Source of the DNA: Methylorubrum extorquens
Lineage (GTDB): Bacteria > Pseudomonadota > Alphaproteobacteria > Rhizobiales > Beijerinckiaceae
DNA: 32,000 bases
Direction: 5' to 3'
Assembly (NCBI GenBank): GCA_900234795.1
Contig: LT962688.1
Location: forward strand, 5,520,001 to 5,552,000
The stretch's first letter is position 1. Every line of letters starts with the position of its first letter. The position numbers and the translations under genes are program-made. Shown here piece by piece: positions 18,342 through 26,501 of this stretch. The notes beneath the pieces are model-generated. The model did no database searches, was not told the origin of the DNA, and worked only from the letters and a program-made list of their open reading frames with translations.

Positions 18342-18492
18342 AGTTCGCCGCAATTTATTTGCAGCATACAGCATACGGATCGCAAGCTGATGCTAACCAC
18401 ACAAGGATGAGGCGGCTTCGGCTGCCCTTCCTCACGTCATAGTGGTTTCGGCTTCATCTCCCGGCGACACAGAGCCCGACGTGTCCGTGCTT

Positions 18493-18556
18493 CGATAGCG
18501 TGCAGCCAAAGCGTCATGCTCGGTACCTCGCCCGACGCTTTGGCTGCACGCTATCG
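18493..18556. repeat. 23-bp perfect inverted repeat (large hairpin), 18-nt spacer
   Basis: CGATAGCGTGCAGCCAAAGCGTC (18493-18515) and GACGCTTTGGCTGCACGCTATCG (18534-18556). It lies 6 bp from the IS3 end. Confidence 0.9.
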
Positions 18557-18650
18557 GAAAATGATCGCCCCCACGCGGTGGTCCAAGTTCTAAGTTAGTG
18601 CAGGGTCGGCTTGGAGTTGCCCCAGTTTGTGGTCCACGGCCTATGCAAGT

Positions 18651-19483
18651 TCTCGGGCTGTGACAGCTTGATTGGCGAAGGCTCGGGGCGTCAAGCCGCC
18701 CAGGGCCGTGTGGGGTCGATCTTCGTTGTAGTGGCACCTCCAGTCCTCGATGCGCTCGCGGGCATCGGCCAGCGACAGGAACCACGAGGCGTTCAGGCAT
18801 TCCGCCCCTAGGCGGCCGTTGAACGCTTCGATGTAGGCGTTGTCGGTCGGCTTGCCCGGTCGTGAGAAGTCGATCTCAACTCCGTTCAGGTAGGCCTACC
18901 GGTCGAGCATGCGCCCGGCGAACTCCGGTCCATTGTCCACCCGCAGGCTCTTGGGCCGCCCCCGCAGCCGGACCAAGGCGTCCGGGGCCTCGGTCACCTA
19001 GAAGGCGCGGAAGTTGGCTCTCGGTGTGACCGAGAGCGCCTCTCGCGTATGGCAATCGACCACCGTCAGGATCCGTAACGGACGCTCGTCGAACAGGCGA
19101 TCAGACATGAAGTCCATGGCCCAGACCTCGTTGGGCCCCGCTATGGCCGGCCGCCCTTGCCGGTAGCGCCAGGCCCGTTTGCGCTTGGGCAGCTTGGGTC
19201 GGATCGACAGGCCCTCATCCTGGTAGATCCGGTAGGTGCGCTTGTGGTTTACGGCCCAGCCCTCCCGCCGCAACAGGATGTGCAGCCGTCGGTAGCCGTA
19301 GCGGACCCGTGCGGCAGCGAGCTGCTTCAGCCGCATCCGCAGTGCCACCTGCGGGTCAGAGCGCTTCCTGTAACGCTGGGACGAGCGACCGAAGCCGGTG
19401 GCCTGGCAGGCCCGTCGCTCGCTGACGTCATAGGCCACCTGCAGGTGACCGGCGACCACGCGGCGAGCGGCGGGCCTCACCAC
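18651..19483 (-). pseudogene. IS3-family transposase OrfB (rve integrase core) with two in-frame TAG codons
   Basis: ...YGYRRLHILLRREGWAVNHKRTYRIYQDEGL...NEVWAMDFMSDRL...[94 protein letters not shown]...[24 protein letters not shown]. The stops are at about 18997-18999 and about 18898-18900. Confidence 0.85.
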
Positions 19484-19752
19484 TTTCGCTTGAGCACATC
19501 CTGCAGCATGGAGCGATCCAGCGTCAGGTCGGCGACCCGTCGTTTGAGCTTGCTGTTCTCGTCCTCCAGCTGCTTGAGCCGTCGGATCTCCGGCACGCCC
19601 ATGCCAACGAACTGCTTCTTCCAGCGGTAGAACGTCGGCTCGGACACGCCCATCTTCCGGCAGACCTCGTCCACCGTCGCACCGTTCTCCGCCTGCCGCA
19701 GGGCAAAGGCGATCTGCTCGTTCGTGAAGCGTTTGCGAGGCATGGCATCCAC
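19477..19752 (-). CDS. IS3-family transposase OrfA (HTH)
   Basis: MPRKRFTNEQIAFALRQAENGATVDEVCRKMGVSEPTFYRWKKQFVGMGVPEIRRLKQLEDENSKLKRRVADLTLDRSMLQDVLKRK is a canonical IS3/IS407 OrfA. Confidence 0.9.
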   Translation of the reverse strand: MDAMPRKRFTNEQIAFALRQAENGATVDEVCRKMGVSEPTFYRWKKQFVGMGVPEIRRLKQLEDENSKLKRRVADLTLDRSMLQDVLKRKW

Positions 19753-19828
19753 CCTCCTTCAGGGTTCAGGATGCCCGAAAAACCTGCGCTCGGCGCGGAC
19801 CAGTTTGGTGGGTCAGGGTCAAACCATA

Positions 19829-19850
19829 GCAGACCGGCATGCCGGTCTGC
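19829..19850. repeat. perfect 22-bp palindrome
   Basis: GCAGACCGGCA|TGCCGGTCTGC, 8 bp outside the other end of the IS3 element. Confidence 0.9.
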
Positions 19851-20061
19851 CACATAGCGGACATCATGAGGGTCTGCTTGGGGTGGTGAGCAGTCATTGG
19901 GTTGCTGCCCGAAAGCCAACGTTCGGCTTTGCTCCCGTTGCCGCCGTTCAATCGGTTCGGACGACATCTCCGAACCAGATACTACAGCAGCCGAGCTTCA
20001 CACGTTGGCGACGGCGGCGCCGGTTAGCCGCACCGGCGCCGAACCGCCGGCCAGACCGGTC

Positions 20062-20166
20062 CTAGCCGCGATGGATGGCCGGCCACACCTCCAACGCTCC
20101 ACGGTAGATCATCAGAACCGCCTGCCCGCCGCCCCAGCCCTCGATGCCGACCATCCACCAAGCCAT
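20062..20166 (-). CDS. candidate 34-aa hydrophobic/Trp-Gly-rich small protein (not in the ORF track)
   Basis: ATG at 20166 preceded by GAGGTGATCC, a 10-nt match to the consensus anti-SD complement, with good spacing. Peptide MAWWMVGIEGWGGGQAVLMIYRGALEVWPAIHRG. Confidence 0.25.
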   Translation of the reverse strand: MAWWMVGIEGWGGGQAVLMIYRGALEVWPAIHRG

Positions 20167-20353
20167 CTTGGATCACCTCAGCCGGGCACCGCCATGGCGA
20201 TGCCCGCATTGTGATGCCGTCCTCCACCTCCCACCTTAAGATCAGTCTGCCAAAGTAGTGCTAGAGAGCGGCAGCTGAATGGCGCTCTCCGGCTACGGTG
20301 TTCTGCGGAGCTGCACGGCAGGCGAGAAGCGACCGTCAGCGTAGGGGGTTGCG

Positions 20354-20581
20354 ATGAGTGCGCAGGCTGTCTTTGAGCCAGGGATGGTTCTTGTCTGGGC
20401 CGGTGTGCTGCTTTTCTTCGGTGGCATCCTGCTCACGGCCTTCACGGTGCTCTGGGGCGGACGCTTCAGAGCCAGGACCCGGACGGACAGCGCGGCTGGC
20501 TTCAGCTCTCGGGCGAACTGGCCCGGGCTGCTGATGCTGGCAACTGGCGTCCTCTGCTTCCTAGTTGCAGCTGCGTTCTGA
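20354..20581 (+). CDS. small membrane protein, hypothetical
   Basis: 75 aa with two or three clear TM helices (MVLVWAGVLLFFGGILLTAFTVLWGG, WPGLLMLATGVLCFLVAAAF). GGGGG lies 6 nt upstream of the ATG. Confidence 0.4.
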   Translation: MSAQAVFEPGMVLVWAGVLLFFGGILLTAFTVLWGGRFRARTRTDSAAGFSSRANWPGLLMLATGVLCFLVAAAF

Positions 20582-20674
20582 CGCTGACGTTCACCTCGCG
20601 CGAGGCGCGGCCGCGCTTGCAGTACCCTCGACCTCGCGAACGTGAGAAGGCGCGGTGATCGGTCCGCCTGAGGT

Positions 20675-20917
20675 TCACGGGCGTCGTTCACTGATAAGGC
20701 AGCCCGCATCATCAATGATGCCCTGCCAAACCGCCTCGCAGGTCCGAACCGTGACGCGCCAATACCCCTCATCAGTGCCCTGCCCAGCCTCGATGCGGCT
20801 GGTGACGAGCCCAAGACGCATCTCGTGCCGGAGGTGCGCGGCATTGATCCCGAGCTTGGAAGCAAGCTGCTCCGGATCAATCACCCAGTCGCCGCTCGTG
20901 TCGCGCTCGAAGTGCAT
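20675..20917 (-). CDS. DUF6522-like small protein
   Basis: MHFERDTSGDWVIDPEQLASKLGINAAHLRHEMRLGLVTSRIEAGQGTDEGYWRVTVRTCEAVWQGIIDDAGCLI matches my recollection of the DUF6522 pattern (...L...MR.G.ITS..E.G...D.G..R.T...). Not verified. Confidence 0.5.
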   Translation of the reverse strand: MHFERDTSGDWVIDPEQLASKLGINAAHLRHEMRLGLVTSRIEAGQGTDEGYWRVTVRTCEAVWQGIIDDAGCLISERRP

Positions 20918-21779
20918 GACTTGATTCCCCTTCCAGCTCGGAAGCGGCGGAGGTTCAAGTCGTCGGAAGGCCCACTCCGCTGCAGCCCGCTCGGCTTGGA
21001 CAGCTGCCTAGAGATCTCCGCTCTGCGTGCCATCGCCGTTGAGCGGAAGGTCATTGCCCTTCCGATATCGTTCGATGCCTCTCCAACGACTCGGCGGGGC
21101 TTCCTCCTGCGTCTTCGCTGGTGGCACAACCGAACCGGCCGTCAGGTCGTTGTCGGGGGCGACACCGTGCTGTCGCTCTCTCAACGAGTTGGAGAGCCCG
21201 TTCCGGCCCTCAAAGCCACCCGGATCCATTACAGGCGGGGGGTCCTGCCGGGGCAGGAAGGCTCTGTGCGATCGCGGCGGGTGACACTAGGCCTAGGACT
21301 AAGGCCGGGACGGCGTAAGCGATGTGGATGTTCATGGCGGAGTCCGATCGTGTCGACACGGTCTCCGTCAAATAATTGCGGATCATTGCCGCAAATATTC
21401 GGGGCCACGACCCACTTATAACACGACGATCGCCGCCTCTGGAAATTATCCGCGGCAAGCCGTCTTCCCGTCGCGCATCGGGGTACGGACAGGATCGAAT
21501 GAGGCCATCTCCGTAAGTGTCACTCTCATCGGAGCTATGAGGAAGGTCCGCAAGGTGTTACCTTGCAACAGCCACCTTAGCTGCAAGGGAGGTCCGCTTT
21601 TGCAGTTTGAGTGCGAAAAACAGACTGGCAGCTGTCGGCCACCTTCGGCCATTCGGGGTCGATCAGATCTCCCAAAGGCGGATCTTCCGAAGGTCTGAGA
21701 AGGGTCGGAAGCTACCGCTCGACCGGCCAAGCTGATTGAGTTCACGCCCTAGACTCGCACCATCCCGGAGGTTCGCTCC

Positions 21780-22133
21780 ATGTCCACTCAACCCGAACAA
21801 CTGGTCGCGAAGACCTGCACGCCGTGCCAAGGCGGCATCCCGCCCCTCGCGCCCGACGAGGCCCAGGAACATCGTCGGCAGACGCCCGAATGGGACTTGC
21901 TCGACGACGCACACCGCATCGAGCGCAGGTTCGAGTTCGACACCTTCGCCGACGCCTTCGAATTCGTGCAGCGCGTCGCCGATCTCGCCGAGAGCGAGGG
22001 CCATCATCCCGATGTCACGTTTGGCTGGGGCTATGCCACCGTTTCGCTACAGACCCACAAGATAAAGGGCTTGCACGAGAATGATTTCATTCTCGCAGCT
22101 AAAATAGATCGGGAGGCTTCCAGTCAGCATTAG
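21780..22133 (+). CDS. phhB: 4a-hydroxytetrahydrobiopterin (pterin-4-alpha-carbinolamine) dehydratase
   Basis: CTPCQGGIPPL...EWDLLDDAHRIERRFEFDTFADAFEFVQRVADLAESEGHHPDVTFGWGYATVSLQTHKIKGLHENDFILAAKID is the canonical PCD/DCoH signature (EGHHPD). Confidence 0.9.
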   Translation: MSTQPEQLVAKTCTPCQGGIPPLAPDEAQEHRRQTPEWDLLDDAHRIERRFEFDTFADAFEFVQRVADLAESEGHHPDVTFGWGYATVSLQTHKIKGLHENDFILAAKIDREASSQH

Positions 22134-22297
22134 GGCGACCGCGCTGCATTGGCGCCGTATATGCTTGCACACCTTGCTGGCGCCAACAGCCGTCAGCAGA
22201 CGACTAATGCCCAACGATGACGTCTCGAACGAAACGAGTGCTTGGGCGTTATGCCCTCAAGCGCCCTTGCGCGCCGACTAACTCGGAGGATGTCACC

Positions 22298-22438
22298 ATG
22301 AAGTCGATGTCCGAGATGACACATGAGGTCACGGATGCGGTCAGGAAGGTGTTCGGCCGGCTGACAGGCCGTGTCGATCAGATGCCGCGCACCGGCAAGC
22401 CTTCCGGCAAGTCTGACAGGATGACCGGGAAGAAGTGA
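22298..22438 (+). CDS. small charged hypothetical protein (46 aa)
   Basis: GGAGGA lies 8 nt upstream of ATG 22298. MKSMSEMTHEVTDAVRKVFGRLTGRVDQMPRTGKPSGKSDRMTGKK has ordinary composition. It converges on and overlaps the non-homologous tail of the recombinase ORF. Confidence 0.35.
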   Translation: MKSMSEMTHEVTDAVRKVFGRLTGRVDQMPRTGKPSGKSDRMTGKK

Positions 22439-23012
22439 TTTGGACAGAGGGGGCGCCGATACCGTCCTTCGGCGCCTCTCCCGTCCCATTGGCCTCCGTC
22501 TCACGGGTGCTCGGCCTCTCATAGGGTGCTGCCCGCTCGGCGCCAACCTGCTGATTGCGCAGGTTCGCCGGATTGCCCAGGCGCACACCCCAGGCCTTTG
22601 CAGCGGCCAGCGCGGCCTTCGTCCGGGCTGAGATCATCTTGCGCTCGGCTTGCGCCACCACGGCCATGATCCCGACCACCAGCTCCACCAGCTCGTTGGC
22701 CTCCGGCATGTCGGCAGCGACGAACCGCACGCCGGCCTTCTGCAAGTTCAGCAGGAAGGCGGCGTCGCGCGACAGCCGATCCAGCTTGGCAATGACCAGG
22801 GTGGCCCCATGCAGCCTGCAAAGGGCCAGGGCTTCGGCGAGGCGGGGGCGCGCATCACGCGCCCCGCTCTCGACCTCCACTAGCTCGGCGACATGCCGCC
22901 AGGAGCCACCGGCGAGGAAGTCGGCCACGGCCTTGCGCTGCGCCTCCAGGCCAAGCCCGGACCGGCCCTGTCGCTGGGTCGAGACGCGCAGGTAGGCGAC
23001 AAAGCTGCTCAA
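22341..23012 (-). CDS. serine recombinase (resolvase-domain protein); C-terminal tail non-homologous, probably truncated or replaced
   Basis: [28 protein letters not shown]...[76 protein letters not shown] is a complete catalytic domain. The likely start is TTG at 23012. After about 22545 the sequence ([17 protein letters not shown]...[10 protein letters not shown]) shows no HTH in any frame. Confidence 0.75.
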   Translation of the reverse strand: [223 protein letters not shown]

Positions 23013-23172
23013 GCGGTCCCCGTGACGTGAAGCTGCACCGACGATCAAGGTGCTGTCACAGCGCACGGAGCGGTACGGATAGCTAACTGTCCGCCGTCAG
23101 CACTCCTGAGACATACTGAGGGTCTTCACGAACGGAGGATGGCTGGTTCATCGTAGCCTTCCAGGAGCGAAG

Positions 23173-24531
23173 ATGAAGCAGACGTCCGGGCCGGCACGGA
23201 AGCCGGCAGAAGCCGTGATCAAGGACATCCGTCGCGCGACACGCCGACAGTTCTCGGCCGAGGAGAAGATCCGCATCGTGCTGGAAGGCCTGCGCGGTGA
23301 AGACAGCATCGCCGAGCTGTGCCGGCGTGAGGGCATCGCCAGTTCGATGTACTACGGCTGGTCCAAGGAGTTTCTGGAGGCCGGCAAGAAGCGGCTGGCC
23401 GGCGACACGGCCCGTGCCGCGACCGCTGATGAGGTCCAAGATCTGCGCCGCGAGACGGGTGCGCTGAAGGAACTCGTGGCCGACCTCGTCCTGGAGAACC
23501 GCCTGCTGAAAAAGAGAAAGCATGACCGCGGCTGGGGGCGACGAGGCATGAGGTACCCGGCCTCTGAGAAGCTGGAGATCATCCAGCTGGTCGAGCAGTC
23601 CCACCTGCCGGTGCGCGCTACCCTGGAGAAGCTCGCCATCCCGCGCGCCACTTTCTACCGCTGGTATGACGCTTTCCAGTGCGGCGGCCCCGAGGCATTG
23701 GCGGATCGTCCCTCGCGGCCCAGCCGGGTCTGGAATCGTCTGCCCGCAGAGATCCGCGAGCAAATCGTCGCCCTCGCGCTGGAGCAGCCGGAGCTCAGCC
23801 CGCGCGAGTTGGCGGTGCGCTTCACCGACGAGCGGCGCTACTTCGTCTCGGAGGCAACCGTCTACCGCTTGCTCAAAGCCCAGGACCTGATCACCAGCCC
23901 GGCTTACATCGTCGTCAAAGCCGCCGATGAGTTCCACGACAAGACGACCGCGCCCAACCAGCTCTGGCAGACGGACTTCACCTACCTGAAGGTCGTGGGA
24001 TGGGGTTGGTACTACCTCTCGACCGTGCTCGACGACTTCTCGCGCTACATCGTGGCGTGGAAGCTGTGCACGACGATGCAGGTCGGCGACGTCACCGCCA
24101 CGCTCGACCTTGCGCTGGCGGCGGCCGGGCTCGACCACGTGCAGGTGGCGCATCGGCCACGGCTACTCACCGACAACGGATCGAGCTACGTCGCGGGTGA
24201 TCTGGCCGACTGGCTCGGCAGTCGGGGTATGACCCATATCCGCGCGGTGCGCCGCGCCATCCGCAGACGCAGGGCAAGATCGAGCGCTGGCACCAGACGC
24301 TCAAGAACCGCATCCTGCTCGAACACGCCTACCTGCCCGGCGAATTGGAGGCGCGGGTTGCCGCCTTTGTCGAGCACTACAACCACGCTCGGGCTCACGA
24401 GAGCCTGGGCAATCTCACCCCTGCCGACGTCTACTTCGGCCGCGGCGAGACGATCTTACGTGAACGGGCGCGGATCAAGCGCCAGACCCCTCATGGATCG
24501 CCGCTTGCGCCATCACGCGCAGGCTGCCTAA
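23173..24531 (+). pseudogene. IS3-family transposase (OrfA-like HTH plus OrfB rve core in one frame) with two frameshifts near the 3' end
   Basis: OrfA-like region: FSAEEKIRIVLEGLRGEDSIAELCRREGIASSMYYGWSKEFLEAGKKRL...LENRLLKK. OrfB-like region: YPASEKLEIIQLVEQSHLPVRATLEKLAIPRATFYRWYD...NQLWQTDFTYLKVVGWGWYYLSTVLDDFSRYIVAWKL...LLTDNGSSYVAGDL. Conserved GAPRHPQTQGKIERWHQTLKNRILLEHAYLPGELEARVAAFVEHYNHARAHESLGNLTPADVYFGRGETILRERARIKRQT is in another frame (about 24250-24487). The first frame resumes for LMDRRLRHHAQAA*. Confidence 0.8.
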
Positions 24532-24645
24532 CCTCTTGTAACTTGATCCCACCTTCGCCGGGTATGCTCTTCGGCGCGGTGGCGGGTGAGAGACCGTTAG
24601 CCTCTGGGGCCACCAAGCCCGCAAGTGAGCCAGGGTCCTCGCCCG

Positions 24646-25665
24646 CCGTTCCATCGAACCCGAACAGTCGCTTGGGCCGCTCAACGCGAAGCCCGCTTGC
24701 GCAAGGATGGGATCAGATGGACGCTCCTGTTGTTGGGATCGATGTGGCCCGTGACCGCCTCGATATTCATGTTCATCCCTCTGGAGCGAACTTCGCCGTT
24801 GATCGTACGACCGAGGGTGTGGAGCAGCTGTGCGAACGCCTCCGGCCCCTGAAGCCGAAGCTCGTCGTCCTGGAGGCAACCGGCGGTTTGGAAGCCATGG
24901 TGGCACGTGCTCTCACCACCTGGAGGCTACCAGCCGTGATCGTGAACCCAGCACAGGTCCGTGCTTTCGCTCACGCCTTGGGCCAACGCGCCAAGACCGA
25001 CCGCATCGACGCCACCGTGATCGCCCGGTTCGCGGCGGCCACCAACCCACCCGTTCGCGCTCGGGCCGATGCCGAGACTCAGGCCTTGGCTGATCTCGTC
25101 ACAAGACGCCGTCAGATCGTAGGACTGATCGCGTCCGAGCGGCAGCGAGCGAGCCAAGCTCCACCGTGCATTCGAGACAGCGTCCGGCGCGTCATAGAGG
25201 CGTTGGAGCAGGAGCAGAGTGTGATCGACCGCTCGATCGATGCAGAGGTAGACCGGTCGCTTGAATGGCGCAGGAAGGAGACCCTCCTGACCTCCGTTCC
25301 TGGTGTTGGACCGACGATCGCACGAACCCTGATCGCGGAGCTGCCTGAGCTTGGAAGCCTCAACCGGAAGCAAGTCGCCGCGCTGGTCGGCTTGGCCCCT
25401 TGGACGCGGCAATCCGGTCAGTGGCGAGGGAGGAGCTTCATTGCAGGCGGCCGCGCACCTGTTCGCACGGCGCTGTTCATGGGGGCCATGGTGGCCAGCC
25501 GTCACAATGCCGCGCTGAAAACCTTCCGCGACCGGCTCATCGCAGCCGGTAAGCCCAAGCTCGTTGCCCTGATTGCCACCGCTCGGAAGCTGATCACCAT
25601 CCTCAACGCCATCCTGAGAGACGGAACGCCATGGCAACCCGCTTGACCAGCAAGACAGTCGCTCA
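24646..25665 (+). mobile_element. IS110-family element, copy A (IS110-type layout: long 5' end, about 19 bp after the stop); true left end lies somewhere in 24532-24646
   Basis: Near-identical inverted copy at 30981-32000. Identity ends at 25665 (...CAAGACAGTCGCTCA). The left limit cannot be set because copy B runs off the window. The element sits between the IS3 orfB stop (24531) and the IS3 IRR (25683). Confidence 0.8.
24717..25646 (+). CDS. IS110-family transposase/recombinase, intact (copy A)
   Basis: MDAPVVGIDVARDRLDIHV...LVVLEATGGLE...AKTDRIDATVIARFA (DEDD N-domain) and VPGVGPTIARTLIAELPELGSLNRKQVAALVGLAPWTRQSGQWRGRSFIAGGRAPVRTALFMGAMVA (C-domain). 309 aa. AAGGATGGG SD. Confidence 0.9.
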   Translation: MDAPVVGIDVARDRLDIHVHPSGANFAVDRTTEGVEQLCERLRPLKPKLVVLEATGGLEAMVARALTTWRLPAVIVNPAQVRAFAHALGQRAKTDRIDATVIARFAAATNPPVRARADAETQALADLVTRRRQIVGLIASERQRASQAPPCIRDSVRRVIEALEQEQSVIDRSIDAEVDRSLEWRRKETLLTSVPGVGPTIARTLIAELPELGSLNRKQVAALVGLAPWTRQSGQWRGRSFIAGGRAPVRTALFMGAMVASRHNAALKTFRDRLIAAGKPKLVALIATARKLITILNAILRDGTPWQPA

Positions 25666-25734
25666 ACCCAGGTGGACCAGAGCCTCCGTTCCTGAGCACC
25701 TCAAAGCGTCTCAAATCATCTGACGACGGACAGC

Positions 25735-26500
25735 ATCGTCGGCGCGGTCATCAATGCCGACCAGGTCCGGGTGATGTTTCAGGGCGTGGGCGCGGGCAAG
25801 GCTGACCGGATCAGCCTGACGAACGCCGACGGGCGCTCGCTGGTCGAGTGGGTGGCGGAGGACGGTGGCGGACACCGCGAGGGGGTCGAGCCCGGCGGCC
25901 GGGGCACCGTGTGGGCCGGCAGAAAAGAACGCGCCTATGGAGGCCTTCGCGGCGGCGGAAAGGCTGAAGGTCGGCGACCTTACGGTCGAAGTGTGCCGGT
26001 CGAGTGCCAGTGCCCTGCGTTCCTGGCGCGAGCAGGTCTACCTCGTCGCGGGGGTCGAGGCCGTGCTGCTGGCGGTCGCCGCCCTTGCCGTCCCGGCCAT
26101 CGGACGCCGGCGGGTCCGAAACCTGCGGCAGCAGATCGGCCTGCGCGGGCTCGTGGCCGGATCCTCCGACGTCCAGTTCATCATCGCGGCGAAGCCCGAC
26201 GGCAGGTTCATCCTGGAAGCGCTCACGTTCACCCGTTCCGGCGAGCTCGGCCGCATGTCCGCGCGCTTGGTCGGGCGGACCACGCGTGAGTTCTTCGCGT
26301 CGGAGGACGTGGACCTGATCGAGGCGGATTACCGGTCCGTGCTCGCCTCCGGCCAGACGCGTCGCACGGAACGCCGGGTCCGTCTCGGGGGCGACGAGTT
26401 CACCTGGAGCACCGTCCTAGTCCCCCTGACCGATGCTGGCGGTCGCGGAGGTTACATCTTCGGTGCTGCCACCGAGCTGGCCGGAGTGAGGGGACGGCGA
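25735..26500 (+). pseudogene. N-terminal (periplasmic/TM/PAS) part of a sensor kinase, 5'-truncated at the IS3 end and frameshifted
   Basis: A protein-like frame starts directly at the IS3 IRR (IVGAVINADQVRVMFQGVGAGKADRISLTNADGRSLVEWVAEDG). It shifts frame into LKVGDLTVEV...WREQVYLVAGVEAVLLAVAALAVPAI (TM) and a PAS-like block (VQFIIAAKPDGRFILEALTF...RTERRVRLGGDEFTWSTVLVPLTDAGGRGGYIFGAATEL). It is out of frame with the kinase core that follows; TGA at about 26484 in the core frame. Confidence 0.6.
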
Positions 26501-26501
26501 G

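Larger units (their letters stand above)
18562..19821 (-). mobile_element. IS3-family element (IS407-group-like), orfB inactivated
   Basis: About 1260 bp. Ends are TGATCGCCCCCAC... (18562-) and ...GGTGGGTCAGGGTCA (to 19821), forming imperfect IRs (TGA / CCCAC / TGGTCC blocks). orfA and orfB are in the usual overlapping arrangement. Confidence 0.8.
23087..25733 (+). mobile_element. IS3-family element carrying a nested IS110-family insertion near its right end
   Basis: About 51-bp imperfect terminal IRs. IRL is CTGTCCGCCGTCAGCACTCCTGAGACATACTGAGGGTCTTCACGAACGGAGG (23087-23138). IRR is CCTCCGTTCCTGAGCACCTCAAAGCGTCTCAAATCATCTGACGACGGACAG (25683-25733). About 37 of 51 positions match by eye, and 13 of the outermost 14. 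Confidence 0.75.

Noticed and set aside
5537-19483. Four of the five premature stops in the IS pseudogenes are amber (TAG). I considered whether this hints at suppression or recoding.
   Set aside because: In high-GC coding DNA, CAG and TGG are abundant, and single transitions convert them to TAG (the IS256 stop replaces the Gln of the conserved AYIQGIS). The same genes also carry deletions and frameshifts, so ordinary decay explains the pattern.
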